This document shows, in pieces, positions 35,365 to 45,614 of a stretch of DNA of 64,000 nucleotides. Under the pieces are notes generated by a model. That model was not told where the DNA came from, did not search any database, and saw only the letters and a list, made by a program, of their open reading frames with translations. Each line of letters starts with the position of its first letter. The first letter of the stretch is position 1. The stretch covers positions 1,824,001-1,888,000 of the forward strand of contig CBDEFM010000002.1 of assembly GCA_965237415.1 (NCBI GenBank), read 5' to 3'. The DNA comes from Alphaproteobacteria bacterium. Lineage in GTDB: Bacteria; Pseudomonadota; Alphaproteobacteria; UBA828. A program made the position numbers and the translations under genes.

Positions 35365-35389
35365 CGCGGGCCACGCGAGGAGAAGGCCG

Positions 35390-35896
35390 ATGGCCGAGAG
35401 GAAATGGAGCCCGCCGCCGCTGCCCGAGTCGGTCGTGCCCGACGAGGCCTTCGACGTGGGCGAGCCGGAGAGGTGCGGGGCGATCGACTTCGCCGACGGC
35501 GATATCGAGATCAACGTCGGGCGGCCCTCGATCGAGATCGTCATGGTCAACACCGGCGACCGGCCGATCCAGATCGGCGCCCACTACCACCTCGCCGAGT
35601 GCAACAAGGCAATGGCCTTCGACCGCGCGGCGGCGTTCGGCATGCGCCTCGACGTCCCGAGCGGCAGCGCGGTGCGCTTCGAGCCAGGCCAGAGCCGCAA
35701 GGTGCGGATCACCGGCTACGTCGGGCGCCAGGTCGCCTACGGCATGAACAATATGACCAACGGCTCGGTCCGCTCCGGCATCATCAAGGAGCAGACGATG
35801 CGCCGTCTCAAGGCCGAGGGCTTTTGCTTCGAGGGCGAGCGCTATCGGGTCGAGACGCCGCCGGACGAGAGGTTCGGCGGCAAAGACGGCTACTGA
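35390..35896 (+). CDS. ureB: Urease beta subunit (N-terminally extended)
   Basis: NTGDRPIQIGAHYH, GMRLDVPSG.AVRFEPG. Confidence 0.93.
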   Translation: MAERKWSPPPLPESVVPDEAFDVGEPERCGAIDFADGDIEINVGRPSIEIVMVNTGDRPIQIGAHYHLAECNKAMAFDRAAAFGMRLDVPSGSAVRFEPGQSRKVRITGYVGRQVAYGMNNMTNGSVRSGIIKEQTMRRLKAEGFCFEGERYRVETPPDERFGGKDGY

Positions 35897-35932
35897 CGCG
35901 AGGCACGCGAATGCTGAACCGGCGCCGGCCGC

Positions 35933-35968
35933 GCCAGGAGCGGGGCCGGGAGCAGGGCCAGGAGCAGG
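35933..35968 (+). repeat. 12-bp tandem repeat x3 upstream of ureC
   Basis: gccaggagcggg gccgggagcagg gccaggagcagg. Confidence 0.7.
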
Positions 35969-35978
35969 GAACCAGAGC

Positions 35979-37685
35979 ATGAGCACGAAGATCGCCCGCC
36001 CGGACTACGCCGCGCAGTACGGGCCGACCACCGGGGACAAGATCCACCTCGCCGACACCGGCCTCGTGGCGGAAATCGAGCACGATTACACGACCTACGG
36101 CGACGAGCTGGTCTTCGGCGGCGGCAAGACCATCCGCGACGGCATGGGCCAGGCGTCGAAGTGGAAGCAGAGCGACGGCGGGCTCGACATGGTGATCACG
36201 AACGCCGTGATCATCGACCCGATCCTGGGCGTCGTGAAGGGCGACATCGGCGTGCTGGATGGCGAGATCGTCGGCGTCGGCAAGGCGGGCAACCCGGACA
36301 CCATGAACATCACGCCGGGGCTCATCGTCTCGCCCAACACCGACATCCTCTCGGTGGAGGGAATGATCTGCACGCCGGGCTTCGTCGACATCCACCCCCA
36401 CTTCGATTCCGTGCAGCAGCTCTACGAGTATCAGAACGCGGGCTTCACCACGGTGATCGGCGGCGGCTCGGGGCCGAAGACGGTGGGCATCGAGTGCCCC
36501 GGCGTCTTCAACATCCAGCGCATGCTGGAGGCGATGGCGGACATTCCGCTCAACTTCGGCAACTTCGGCAAGGGCAACGCGGCGACGCCGGGCTCGCTGG
36601 TCGAGCAGATCCTGGCCGGCGCCACGGGGCTCAAGATCCACGAGGACTGGTCGTCCTCGCCCGCCGCCATCGAGACCACGATGGAGCTCGCGGACGAATA
36701 CGACTTCCAGGTCCAGATCCACGCCGACACGCTGAACGAGACCGGCTACTACGAGGACACGATCGCGGCGATCAACGGCCGCGTCATGCACATTTATCAC
36801 TGTGAGGGGGCGGGCGGGGGCAACGCGCCTGACATGATGCGGGTCTGCGGCGAGCCCAACCTGCTGCCGAGCTCGACCAACCCGACCAACCCGTTCTCGA
36901 TCAACACGTACGACGAAGAGATCGACATGTTGATCACCTGCCACAACCTGAACAAGAGCGTGCCGACGGACATCGCCTTCATTCAGGGCCGGGCCAGGGC
37001 GGAGACCATGCGGGCGGAGGACGTGCTGCACGACATGGGGGCGATCAGCATGATCGGCTCCGACAGCCAGGGTGTAGGCCGCGCGGCGGAGAGCGCGCAG
37101 CGCTCCTTCCAGCTTGCGGCGGTGAACAAGGTGCGCTTCGGGCGTCTGTCTGAGGACGGTTCGGGCAACGACAACTTCAGGATCAAACGCTATCTCGCCA
37201 AGGTCACGATCAACCCATCGATCTGCTTCGGCGTCGATTCCTATGTGGGCTCGATCACGCCGGGCAAGCTTGCGGATCTGGTGTTCTGGCGGCCCGAGTT
37301 CTTCATCGCGAAGCCCGAGGTGACGCTGAAGGGCGGCTTCATCTCGCACGCGGTCATGGGCGATCCGGCGGGCTCGCTGATGACCGGCCAGCCGCTCAAG
37401 TACCGCCCGCAATACGGCTCCCTCGGCGTCAATCCGAAGCGGACCTGCTACTCCTTCGTGACCAAGGCAGCGATCGACAATGGCCTCGAGGACGTGCTCG
37501 AGACCCAGCAGCTCAAGCCTGTGAAGCGCTGCCGCACGATCTCCAAGCGCGACATGATCCACAACGACGCGCTGCCGGATATCGAGATCGACCCCGAGAC
37601 CTACAATGTCTACGTCGATGGCGAGCGCGTCACGGTGAAGCCGGCAAAGACCCTGCCCCTCACCCAGCTCTTTTACTTCCGATAG
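35979..37685 (+). CDS. ureC: Urease alpha subunit homolog with a divergent pocket
   Basis: YGPTTGD, FGGGKTIRDGM, HPH, GLKIHEDW, IHADTLNE, HCEGAGGG, PSSTNPT, SDSQ; Ni ligands retained. Confidence 0.92.
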   Translation: MSTKIARPDYAAQYGPTTGDKIHLADTGLVAEIEHDYTTYGDELVFGGGKTIRDGMGQASKWKQSDGGLDMVITNAVIIDPILGVVKGDIGVLDGEIVGVGKAGNPDTMNITPGLIVSPNTDILSVEGMICTPGFVDIHPHFDSVQQLYEYQNAGFTTVIGGGSGPKTVGIECPGVFNIQRMLEAMADIPLNFGNFGKGNAATPGSLVEQILAGATGLKIHEDWSSSPAAIETTMELADEYDFQVQIHADTLNETGYYEDTIAAINGRVMHIYHCEGAGGGNAPDMMRVCGEPNLLPSSTNPTNPFSINTYDEEIDMLITCHNLNKSVPTDIAFIQGRARAETMRAEDVLHDMGAISMIGSDSQGVGRAAESAQRSFQLAAVNKVRFGRLSEDGSGNDNFRIKRYLAKVTINPSICFGVDSYVGSITPGKLADLVFWRPEFFIAKPEVTLKGGFISHAVMGDPAGSLMTGQPLKYRPQYGSLGVNPKRTCYSFVTKAAIDNGLEDVLETQQLKPVKRCRTISKRDMIHNDALPDIEIDPETYNVYVDGERVTVKPAKTLPLTQLFYFR

Positions 37686-37709
37686 GCGGCGGCGGGCGCG
37701 ACAGTACGC

Positions 37710-38183
37710 ATGGCAGTCGTCACCGCGGTCCTCGGCACCGTCGACAGTCTGCGCGATCGGATCGAGAGCGAGGATCCGGTCCTGCTCAACTCGGAGGAGC
37801 GCGCCAGCGCCCATCTCGTGGGGCGCTCAGCAGGGGGCCGTGCTGTCCGCATCTCGCTGCCGCGCGGCACCGAGATCAACGACGGCGATGTGCTGGCGTT
37901 AGACGGCACCACGGCGCTGGTGGCGCGCGCGGCACCGGAGGCGCTCTACGTCGTCAGCCCCGACGATGCCTACACCTGGGGCGTCGCGGGCTATCAGCTC
38001 GGCAATCTGCACCGGCCCGTCCGCTTCACCGATGAGGGCATGCTGACGCCGGCCGACCCCATGGTGGCTGATCTGCTCACGCGCCTCGACATCGCCTTCG
38101 AGGAGCGCACGATTCCCTTCGTCGGCAGGCGCTACGGCGCCCACGGCGCCCATCACCACCACGACCATCACCATGACCGCTGA
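37710..38183 (+). CDS. ureE: Urease accessory Ni chaperone
   Basis: DGDVL, GYQLGNLH, His-rich tail. Confidence 0.85.
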   Translation: MAVVTAVLGTVDSLRDRIESEDPVLLNSEERASAHLVGRSAGGRAVRISLPRGTEINDGDVLALDGTTALVARAAPEALYVVSPDDAYTWGVAGYQLGNLHRPVRFTDEGMLTPADPMVADLLTRLDIAFEERTIPFVGRRYGAHGAHHHHDHHHDR

Positions 38184-38871
38184 CGGTCCCGACCGGCTCC
38201 TCTACCTGCTGCAGGTCGCGAACGCCTCGTTCCCGACCGGCGCGTTCAACCATTCTTACGGCTTCGAGACCTGGATCGACTCAGGCGCCCTCGACGACGG
38301 CGCGCGCTTCGAGAGCGCGTGCCGGGACTGGCTCCGCTATTGCGCCGTGCCGACGGACGGAGCCGCGGTCGCGCACGCCCACCGTCGCGCCGCCGCAAGC
38401 GATCTCGACGCCCTCGTGGACCTCGACCGCATCGTCGGCGCGCTCAAGCTGAGCCGGGAGGCGCGCGAGGCCTCGTTCAAGACCGGGCGCGCGCTGCTCG
38501 GCGCCTATCGCGACATCTTCTCGACCGAGTCCCTTGCGCCCTTTGCCGCGGCGGTGCGCGACGGGCGCTCTGAGGGGCATCAGGCCGTGGTCTTCGGCGC
38601 CGCGGCGGAAGCGCAGGGAATCGCCGCGGACGATGCGATCCTCGCCTTCCTCCACGCCGCGCTTTCCAACCTCGTCAGTGTCGGTGCGCGGCTGATCCCG
38701 CTCGGCCAGATCCAGAGCCAGCGGATCATCAGGGAGGCCTGGCCGCTGCTGACGCAGGGCACCGACGAGGCCTGCGCCATGGAGCTGGATGCGCTCGGCA
38801 GCGCCACCGCCGGCCTCGATATCGCCGGCATGCGGCACGAGCGCCTGCATACGCGGCTTTGTATGTCGTGA
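38173..38871 (+). CDS. ureF: Urease accessory protein
   Basis: FPTGAFNHSYGFE, RLIPLGQ, C-terminal HERLHTRLCMS. Confidence 0.92.
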   Translation: MTADGPDRLLYLLQVANASFPTGAFNHSYGFETWIDSGALDDGARFESACRDWLRYCAVPTDGAAVAHAHRRAAASDLDALVDLDRIVGALKLSREAREASFKTGRALLGAYRDIFSTESLAPFAAAVRDGRSEGHQAVVFGAAAEAQGIAADDAILAFLHAALSNLVSVGARLIPLGQIQSQRIIREAWPLLTQGTDEACAMELDALGSATAGLDIAGMRHERLHTRLCMS

Positions 38872-38930
38872 GCCTCTGCTCACGCGGTATTCAGGTCGTG
38901 AGCTCCTGCTCACGCGGATTTATGTCGTGA
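38862..38930. repeat. Twin palindromes with a 30-bp period, bounded by a 10-bp direct repeat
   Basis: cgtgagc-N4-gctcacg twice; tatgtcgtga at 38862-38871 and 38921-38930. Confidence 0.8.
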
Positions 38931-38966
38931 TACGGTAAGATCGGAGCAATCGGGGAGATTTTGGTC

Positions 38967-39611
38967 ATGCGCAGGCCGGTCAGGATCGGCATCGGCGGGC
39001 CGGTGGGGTCGGGCAAGACGGCGCTGCTGGTGTCGCTCTGCCGCAGCATGGGGCGGGACCATTCGCTGGCCGCCATCACCAACGACATCTACACCAAGGA
39101 AGACGCCGAGTTCGTGATCAAGTCGGGCGCGATTGCGCCGGACCGCGTGGCCGGTGTCGAGACCGGCGGCTGCCCGCACACCGCCATCCGCGAGGATGTC
39201 TCGATGAACGCCCATGCCATCGAGGAGATGGCGGCGCTGCATCCCGACCTCGACATCGTCTTCGTCGAGAGCGGGGGCGACAATCTGGCTGCGACCTTCA
39301 GCCCGGAGCTGGTGGACAGCTACGTCTACGTGATCGACGTGGCCGAGGGCGACAAGATCCCGCGCAAGGGGGGGCCCGCCATCACCAAGTCGCCGCTGCT
39401 GGTCATCAACAAGATCGACCTCGCGCCCTTCGTCGGCGCCGACCTGGGTGTGATGGAGCGGGATTCGAAGAAGATGCGGGGCGAGCGGCCCTTCCTCTTC
39501 ACCAACCTGCGCGCGGGCGAGGGGCTGGGCGAGGTGATCGCCTGGATCGAGCGCGACGTTCTCCTGATGGAAGGCCACGGTGGAGCCGAGCGTCGCGCCC
39601 ATACAGCCTGA
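38967..39611 (+). CDS. ureG: Urease accessory GTPase
   Basis: [27 protein letters not shown]. Confidence 0.97.
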   Translation: MRRPVRIGIGGPVGSGKTALLVSLCRSMGRDHSLAAITNDIYTKEDAEFVIKSGAIAPDRVAGVETGGCPHTAIREDVSMNAHAIEEMAALHPDLDIVFVESGGDNLAATFSPELVDSYVYVIDVAEGDKIPRKGGPAITKSPLLVINKIDLAPFVGADLGVMERDSKKMRGERPFLFTNLRAGEGLGEVIAWIERDVLLMEGHGGAERRAHTA

Positions 39612-40449
39612 TCCCCAATGGATCGTCGGTAAGTACGCGCTGATGAACGTCCGCGCGCTGAGCCGGCGCGGGCGCACGGAGATCGACCCGCTCTGCTGGC
39701 GCATTCCCTTCCAGTGGCAGGGCTATCACTACCAGGATCACGACGACCAGCCCTTCATGCTGCTGGTGAACAGCGGCGGCGGCTTCGTCGAGGGCGATGT
39801 CGCGCACTTCCACGGCGTGCTGGAGCCCGGCACGCGCGCCCTCTTCACTACCACGGCATCGAGCAAGTTCTACAAGTGCCCGGGCGGCGCCGTGTCGCGC
39901 GAGATCGTCGATCTCCATGTCGGCGAAGACGCGCTTCTGGAGTTCTGTCCGGACGAGGCGATCCCCTTCGCCCGCAGCCGGGCGCATCGGATCAACCGGA
40001 TCGACATGGCGCCGTCGTCCCGGCTCTTCGCCACCGATATGATTTCGGCCGGGCGTGTGCACTACGGCGCGGGCGAGATCTTCCGCTTCGACCATCTGAT
40101 CTCCGAGTTCCGCATCACCATCGGCGGCCGCCTGGCCGCACTCGACCGCCTGGTTGCGACCGCGCCCGAGACCATCGCCGCGCTCGAGCGGCTGTGGCTG
40201 GGGCGGCTGCACATGGCGACGGCCTTTGCTTATGCACCGGTTCTCGCGCCCGGCGTCGAGGACGGCGTTCACGAGGCCATCGACGGTGTGGACGGCACCG
40301 AGGCGGGCGTCACCCGCATCGGCAACCTGGTGATCGTCCGTATCCTGAGCCACGAGACGTGGCAGGCCCACGAGGCGCTCTTCAACGCGTGGACCGCGCT
40401 CCGCCCTGCCATCGCAGGCAAGAGCGCGCGCCCGATACGCAAGTGCTAG
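39580..40449 (+). CDS. ureD: Urease accessory protein UreD
   Basis: [28 protein letters not shown]-terminal RK; position in the cluster. Confidence 0.88.
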   Translation: MEPSVAPIQPDPQWIVGKYALMNVRALSRRGRTEIDPLCWRIPFQWQGYHYQDHDDQPFMLLVNSGGGFVEGDVAHFHGVLEPGTRALFTTTASSKFYKCPGGAVSREIVDLHVGEDALLEFCPDEAIPFARSRAHRINRIDMAPSSRLFATDMISAGRVHYGAGEIFRFDHLISEFRITIGGRLAALDRLVATAPETIAALERLWLGRLHMATAFAYAPVLAPGVEDGVHEAIDGVDGTEAGVTRIGNLVIVRILSHETWQAHEALFNAWTALRPAIAGKSARPIRKC

Positions 40450-40472
40450 CGACAGGCTGAACGGGAACCCTC

Positions 40473-41201
40473 ATGGGCGGCGTGCTCGTTCTCGGACTCC
40501 TGGTCGGCATGCGCCATGCGCTGGAGGCGGACCATGTCGCAGCGATTGCGGCGCTCACGCAACGGAGCCGCGGCTTCCGCAGCGCCCTTCGCCTCGGCGC
40601 GGCGTGGGGTATCGGGCATACGCTGACCCTCTTCGCCGCCGGCACCATCGTGCTCTCGCTGGATGGGGTCATGCCCGAGCAGATCGCGCGCATCTTCGAG
40701 TTCGCCGTCGGCATCATGCTGGTTCTGCTCGGCGCCGATCTGCTCCGGCGTCTGATCGCGGCACGCGTTCACGTTCACGTCCATCGCCACGGCGATGGCA
40801 CGACCCACTTCCACGCGCACTCCCACGCCGGCGAGGCGGACCACACGTCATCCCGCCACGACCACGTGCATGTGCGCGGCCTGCCCGCGCGGGCGCTGGC
40901 GGTGGGGCTAATGCACGGCCTCGCGGGGTCGGCGGCGTTGATCCTGCTCACGGTGGGGCAGATCGACTCGTTCTTCTGGGCACTGGCCTATCTCGCGCTC
41001 TTCGGCATCGGCTCGATGATCGGCATGGCCGCGCTCTCCGTCGTCATCGCCATCCCGTTGCAGCGGGTGGCGCGGAGCCTCTCATGGGCGCACAACGCGC
41101 TGGGCGCGGCCATAGGGCTCGGGACGATCGGGCTTGGCGCCTGGGTTTCCTACCGGATCGGCGTCGTCGAAGGGCTGACGCTGACCGGCCTCGCCTCATA
41201 G
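40473..41201 (+). CDS. Ni/Co transporter (NiCoT/UreH-like)
   Basis: GMRHALEADH, WGIGH, His-rich loop, HGLAGS. Confidence 0.88.
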   Translation: MGGVLVLGLLVGMRHALEADHVAAIAALTQRSRGFRSALRLGAAWGIGHTLTLFAAGTIVLSLDGVMPEQIARIFEFAVGIMLVLLGADLLRRLIAARVHVHVHRHGDGTTHFHAHSHAGEADHTSSRHDHVHVRGLPARALAVGLMHGLAGSAALILLTVGQIDSFFWALAYLALFGIGSMIGMAALSVVIAIPLQRVARSLSWAHNALGAAIGLGTIGLGAWVSYRIGVVEGLTLTGLAS

Positions 41202-41250
41202 CGGCTGTGGGCCGATTGACTGCCGGCTCCTGCACTATGTCTCGAAGCGC

Positions 41251-41943
41251 TCACGACATATGCTGCGCGGCCGGAAAGTCGGGGATGGGTTTCCCGGGCC
41301 CGATACCGGATCGCAAGACCCCGTACGGCGGCAATACGACGCAAGGCTGGGAAGACATTGTGAGGCCGGATTCGATCAGCTCGCGCTGGACCGCGAGCGT
41401 GTTGTCGAGGATCAGGGCGACGAGGAAGAAGAAGCAGCCGAGGAAGAGCAGCGCCATTTTGGCGAAGTCGGACGGCCCGAACCATACCAGCAGCAGCGGC
41501 GCGAAGGAGGCCGCCGGCAGATAGCGCCAGCCCCCGGTGGTGGGGCTGATGAGGGCGCGCAGTTTGACGAAGCAGCCCATCAGGACGCCGAGCGGCACCG
41601 CGATCAGGCTGGCGGCGAAGAAGCTCGCATAGATGCGGTAAAGGCTGGTGCCGACATCGGCGATGAAGTTCTTCTCGGCGAACAGGTAGGAGATCTCGCC
41701 CACCACCAGCTCGACGCTCGGCAGGAAGCGCTGCTTCTCCTCGGGCGTCACGTAGTGGGCGACTTCCCAGACGGCGAAGAAGACGATGACGCCCACGATC
41801 CCCAGCACGACGGCGCGCTGCTGGCTGAGCTTGCCGAGAACGTCGAGAAAGGGCGCGCGCGGCGGTCTGAAGACCGGCGCGGCACCGCTTGGCTGAGTGC
41901 CCGTCTCGGTCTGCGGTGCGCCCCCGGCGTGCTCCGGCGCCAT
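41251..41943 (-). pseudogene. Nitrate/sulfonate-type ABC permease, truncated at the EAA motif
   Basis: RYLPAASFAPLLLVWFG...ELIESGLTM, then unrelated sequence from about 41357; no partner ATPase. Confidence 0.7.
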
Positions 41944-41995
41944 TCATGTCGCCCCGGAGCCCGGCGGTCGTTCAGGGAGCGCGTTCGCCGCATCG

Positions 41996-42868
41996 TCACT
42001 CGACCACCGCAATCGCCTCGACCTCGATCAACAGGTCCTCGAAGGCGTAGCCGTCGACGCGGACCGCCGTCGCCGCCGGCCCGAGCGGCGGGAAGTAGCG
42101 GCGCCGCACTTCCGTCATCTTCTCCCAGTACTCGGTGGGCGAGGCGCCGCTGTCGTCGTACTGGTAATAGGTGTTGAGCTTGATCACGTCGCTCATCGCG
42201 GCGCCGGCCTCTTTCAACACTGCGATCAGGCTCTCGAACACGTTCGCGGTCTGCACGGCGATGTCGCCGGGGCCTATGGTGCGCCCCGCCTGGTCGGCGG
42301 AGATCTGGCCGCCGGCGAACACCACGTTGCCGACCCGCCAGCCCTGGGAGAACTTTACCGGCATGCTCCAGTCCCAGTGGCCCGCCGGCATGATGCGCCG
42401 GCGTTCTTGCCCGAGGTGGGCGACGCCTTCGAGCTGGATCAGCTCGCCAGGATTCGAGAAATCCTTGACCCTGACCCCCGTGCCGGCGGGCCCCGGATCC
42501 GGCAGTTGCTCCATGCGCACCCGCGTCAGCGCCTCCCAGAACTGGGTGACCTCAGGGCCGGCGCTCTCGTGCCGGTAGTAGGTGTTGAGACGCAGAAGGT
42601 CGTTCATCGAGGCCCCGGCCTCGGCGAGGACGCCCGCCACGCCGGCGAAGCAGTTGCGGGTCTGGGCTGCGATGTCGCCGGCATCCCTGAGCGAGCCGTC
42701 GGCATTGAGAGAGCGCTGGCCGCCCACGAAGACCCAGTCGCCGGCCTGCCATCCCTGCACACAGGCCACGCCGTTGCCGCGCGACCAGTGTCCCTTTGGC
42801 ATGAGCGGGCGCTTGTCCGCGCCGACGACGGCGAACGCGTCGATCTCAAGCAGGAGTCCTTCGTACCC
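41996..42868 (-). pseudogene. Multi-domain Rid (YjgF/RidA) protein, 5'-truncated
   Basis: Two full Rid domains preceded by the tail of a third (EGLLLEIDAFAV). Confidence 0.75.
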
Positions 42869-43568
42869 GGCCTGGTGCATGGAGCGTTATCCGCATCTGG
42901 TGGATGCCATCCTTGAGGGCGGGCACGAGATCGCTGCCCACGGCTATCTCCACGAGAACCCCAACGACGAATCGCGCGACCGTCAGGAATACTGGCTCGA
43001 CCGGCAGATCGACGTGATCAAGCGTATGACCGGCCAGGCGCCACGCGGCTGGCGCGCACCGCTCTACAACGCGTCCAAGCATTCGCCGACGCTGCTTGCC
43101 GAGCGCGGCATGCTCTACGACGCGAGCCTGATGGGCGACGATGTCCCCTACGTGCTGACCACGCCCAAGGGCGAGGTCATCTGCCTGCCCTCCCATTGGG
43201 GCATGGACGACTGGCCGCACTACATGCACAGCCTCGATTTCCACTACACCATGACCATCAAGTCGCCGGACGAGGCCATGCTGGTCTTCGATTCCGAGTT
43301 CGAGGCCATGTACGAGAACGGCGGCATGTTGATCACCGTCTGGCACCCCTTCGTCTCCGGCAGGCTCGCGCGGATGCGCCGCGTGGCCGCGTGGATCGAG
43401 GCGTTGCAGAAGAAGGGCGGCGTCTGGTTCGCGACGATGGACGAGATCGCGAGCCACGTGCGCAAGTGCATCGATGACGGCTCGTGGACCCCGCGGGTCG
43501 AGCAGATGCCCTACTACGACGGCCGCATCCCGGAGTGGGAGCCGCAGGAGGCCGCCGCCGCCGAGTAG
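42864..43568 (+). pseudogene. Polysaccharide deacetylase (PuuE-like), 5'-truncated
   Basis: PAWCMERYP, GHEIAAHGYLHE, GWRAP, YDASLMGDD, WHPFVSGR; the N-terminal catalytic Asp motif is missing. Confidence 0.75.
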
Positions 43569-43727
43569 CGCCGGCTTAGCCCAGGGCGCGTCGAGGCGCG
43601 AGCATCCGCGCCTGCGGCGTCTCCTGGCGTTCGTGGCCGAACGAGGCAGCCTTTCCATGTCGGCCCCCCAGTGTGCGTCGGCCCGCAAATTGCGCTATCG
43701 AGAGGCCGGAAGCACGAGGTGCCACGC

Positions 43728-45614
43728 ATGACCGATATGCCCGAGAGCAGTGAGACGGGGCAGGCGACCGGGTCGACACCTCCGTCCAACAGGGTCTTCC
43801 CGAGCCCCTTCGATCTACCCACGCCCGATGGCGCAGAAGGCTGGGAAGAACTCTATCCCTATTACTGCCTGATCAGCGACGAGCGTCGCGAGATGGAGGA
43901 GGGAAAGTTCTGGTTCTTCGACGGGATGCACAACCCGGAACCGCTCTATCCCTTCGACACCATCATGACCGAGAACTGGTGGGTGGCTGCCAGTCAGATG
44001 GCGAGCCGCGTGTGGCCCATTCCCGTTGCCATGGGCATCGATCAGCGCCTGGTCAACGGCTACATCTATGTGAGCCCCAACAGCGTCACCGACCCCGACC
44101 AGATCGCCGCGCGCCACGAGCATTTTGCCCGCCGCGCCGGCCACTACTTCGAGAATTGGGACGAGATCTACGGCAACTGGGTCGAGAAGGCGAAGGATTG
44201 CATCGCGCGCTTGACGGAGATCGAGTTCCGTCCGCTACCGGAGTTGGAGCCGGAGGAGAACGTCTTCGGTCATCGCGGCGTCTACTCCTCGCACGACCTG
44301 CTCAGCGCCTATAACAGGCTGATCGAGAACATGCTCGAGATGGGGTCCTACCATTTCGAGATGCTGAACCTCGGCTACGGCGCCTACCTGACGTTCCGCG
44401 AATTCTGCCAGCAGGCGTTTCCGGGCATCACCGACCGGACGCTCACGCAAATCGTCTGCGGCATCGATAATCTATTGCTGCGGCCCGACGACAAGGTCCG
44501 TGAACTGGCCGCACTCGCGGTCGAGCGGAACCTCACCGACGTCGTACTCGGCCATCACGATCCCGACGCGATGCTGGCGGCCATGGCGAAGGCGCAGGGC
44601 GGGGCGGCGTGGCTGGAGGCGTTCGAGGAGGCGAAGGAGCCGTGGTTCCACTTCTCCACAGGCGTCGGCTACGACCATTCCGATCCGGTGTGGATCGACG
44701 ATCTGCGGCTGCCGTTCATTGCGCTCCGCGGCTATGTCGAGGCATTGCAGCGCGGCGAGGACATCCGCCGCCCGCTCGACCGCTTGCTGGCGGAGCGCAG
44801 CCGGGTGACGGAGGAATACCGCGCCCTTCTGCCCACCGATGAGGACCGCGAAGCGTTCGACGGCCTGCTGGCCCTCACCTGCAAGGTCTTCCCCTACGTC
44901 GAGGATCACAACTTCTACGTCGAGCACTGGCACCACACGATCTTCTGGTCGAAGGTGCGCGAGCTCGCGGACGTCTTCGTCGCGCACGACTTCTTCGACG
45001 ATCGCGAGGACTTCTTCTACCTGCACCGCCATGAGGTTTACGACGCGCTCTACGATCTGCTGATCGGCTGGGCCACGGGCACGCCGCCGAGAGGAGAAGT
45101 GTATTGGCGCCCAATCGTCGCGCGGCGACGGCGAATTCGCGACTCACTGAGAGCGTGGACGCCGCTGCCGGCGTTGGGAACGCCGCCGTCTGTCGTCACC
45201 GAGCCCATCACCATCATGCTGTGGGGGATCACCGAGAAGACGATCGAGGAGTGGCTCGGCGTCGATCCCGCCGCCAGCAGCGATGTCCTGCGCGGCGTGC
45301 CCGCCTCGGCCGGCAAGGTGAGAGGCCCGGCCCGCGTGATAACCCGGTCCGAGGATCTCTATGACATCGACGAGGGCGAGATCCTGGTGTGCCGGATTAC
45401 GGCGCCGAGCTGGGCGGCCGTCTTCTCCCGCATCGCCGCGGCGGTCTCCGATGTCGGCGGCATGATGGCGCACACCGCGATCATCTCGCGCGAGTACGGC
45501 CTCCCCGCGGTTGTGGGCGTGGGCTTCGCGACGGCAACGATTCGGACCGGCGATCGGGTCGAGGTCGACGGCAACGAGGGCATAGTAACGGTGCTGGAGA
45601 GAGCCGCGACGTGA
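43728..45614 (+). CDS. PEP-utilising enzyme, substrate-binding plus His-swivel subunit (phenylphosphate synthase alpha / HpeH-AcvA-like)
   Basis: C-terminal GEILVC..TAPSW...SDVGGMMAHTAIISREYGLPAVVG phospho-His motif. Confidence 0.85.
   Translation: MTDMPESSETGQATGSTPPSNRVFPSPFDLPTPDGAEGWEELYPYYCLISDERREMEEGKFWFFDGMHNPEPLYPFDTIMTENWWVAASQMASRVWPIPVAMGIDQRLVNGYIYVSPNSVTDPDQIAARHEHFARRAGHYFENWDEIYGNWVEKAKDCIARLTEIEFRPLPELEPEENVFGHRGVYSSHDLLSAYNRLIENMLEMGSYHFEMLNLGYGAYLTFREFCQQAFPGITDRTLTQIVCGIDNLLLRPDDKVRELAALAVERNLTDVVLGHHDPDAMLAAMAKAQGGAAWLEAFEEAKEPWFHFSTGVGYDHSDPVWIDDLRLPFIALRGYVEALQRGEDIRRPLDRLLAERSRVTEEYRALLPTDEDREAFDGLLALTCKVFPYVEDHNFYVEHWHHTIFWSKVRELADVFVAHDFFDDREDFFYLHRHEVYDALYDLLIGWATGTPPRGEVYWRPIVARRRRIRDSLRAWTPLPALGTPPSVVTEPITIMLWGITEKTIEEWLGVDPAASSDVLRGVPASAGKVRGPARVITRSEDLYDIDEGEILVCRITAPSWAAVFSRIAAAVSDVGGMMAHTAIISREYGLPAVVGVGFATATIRTGDRVEVDGNEGIVTVLERAAT

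Noticed and set aside
35933-35968. Regulatory role for the 12-bp repeat before ureC
   Set aside because: Three imperfect copies are best explained by slippage around the SD sequence; nothing else supports a function.
38862-38930. Mini CRISPR array
   Set aside because: Only two palindromic units, spacers of about 7 bp, and no cas genes in the window.
41205-41357. Riboswitch or gene remnant after the urease cluster
   Set aside because: A few GNRA-like loops and peptide-like fragments, but no riboswitch consensus or consistent frame that I can recognise.
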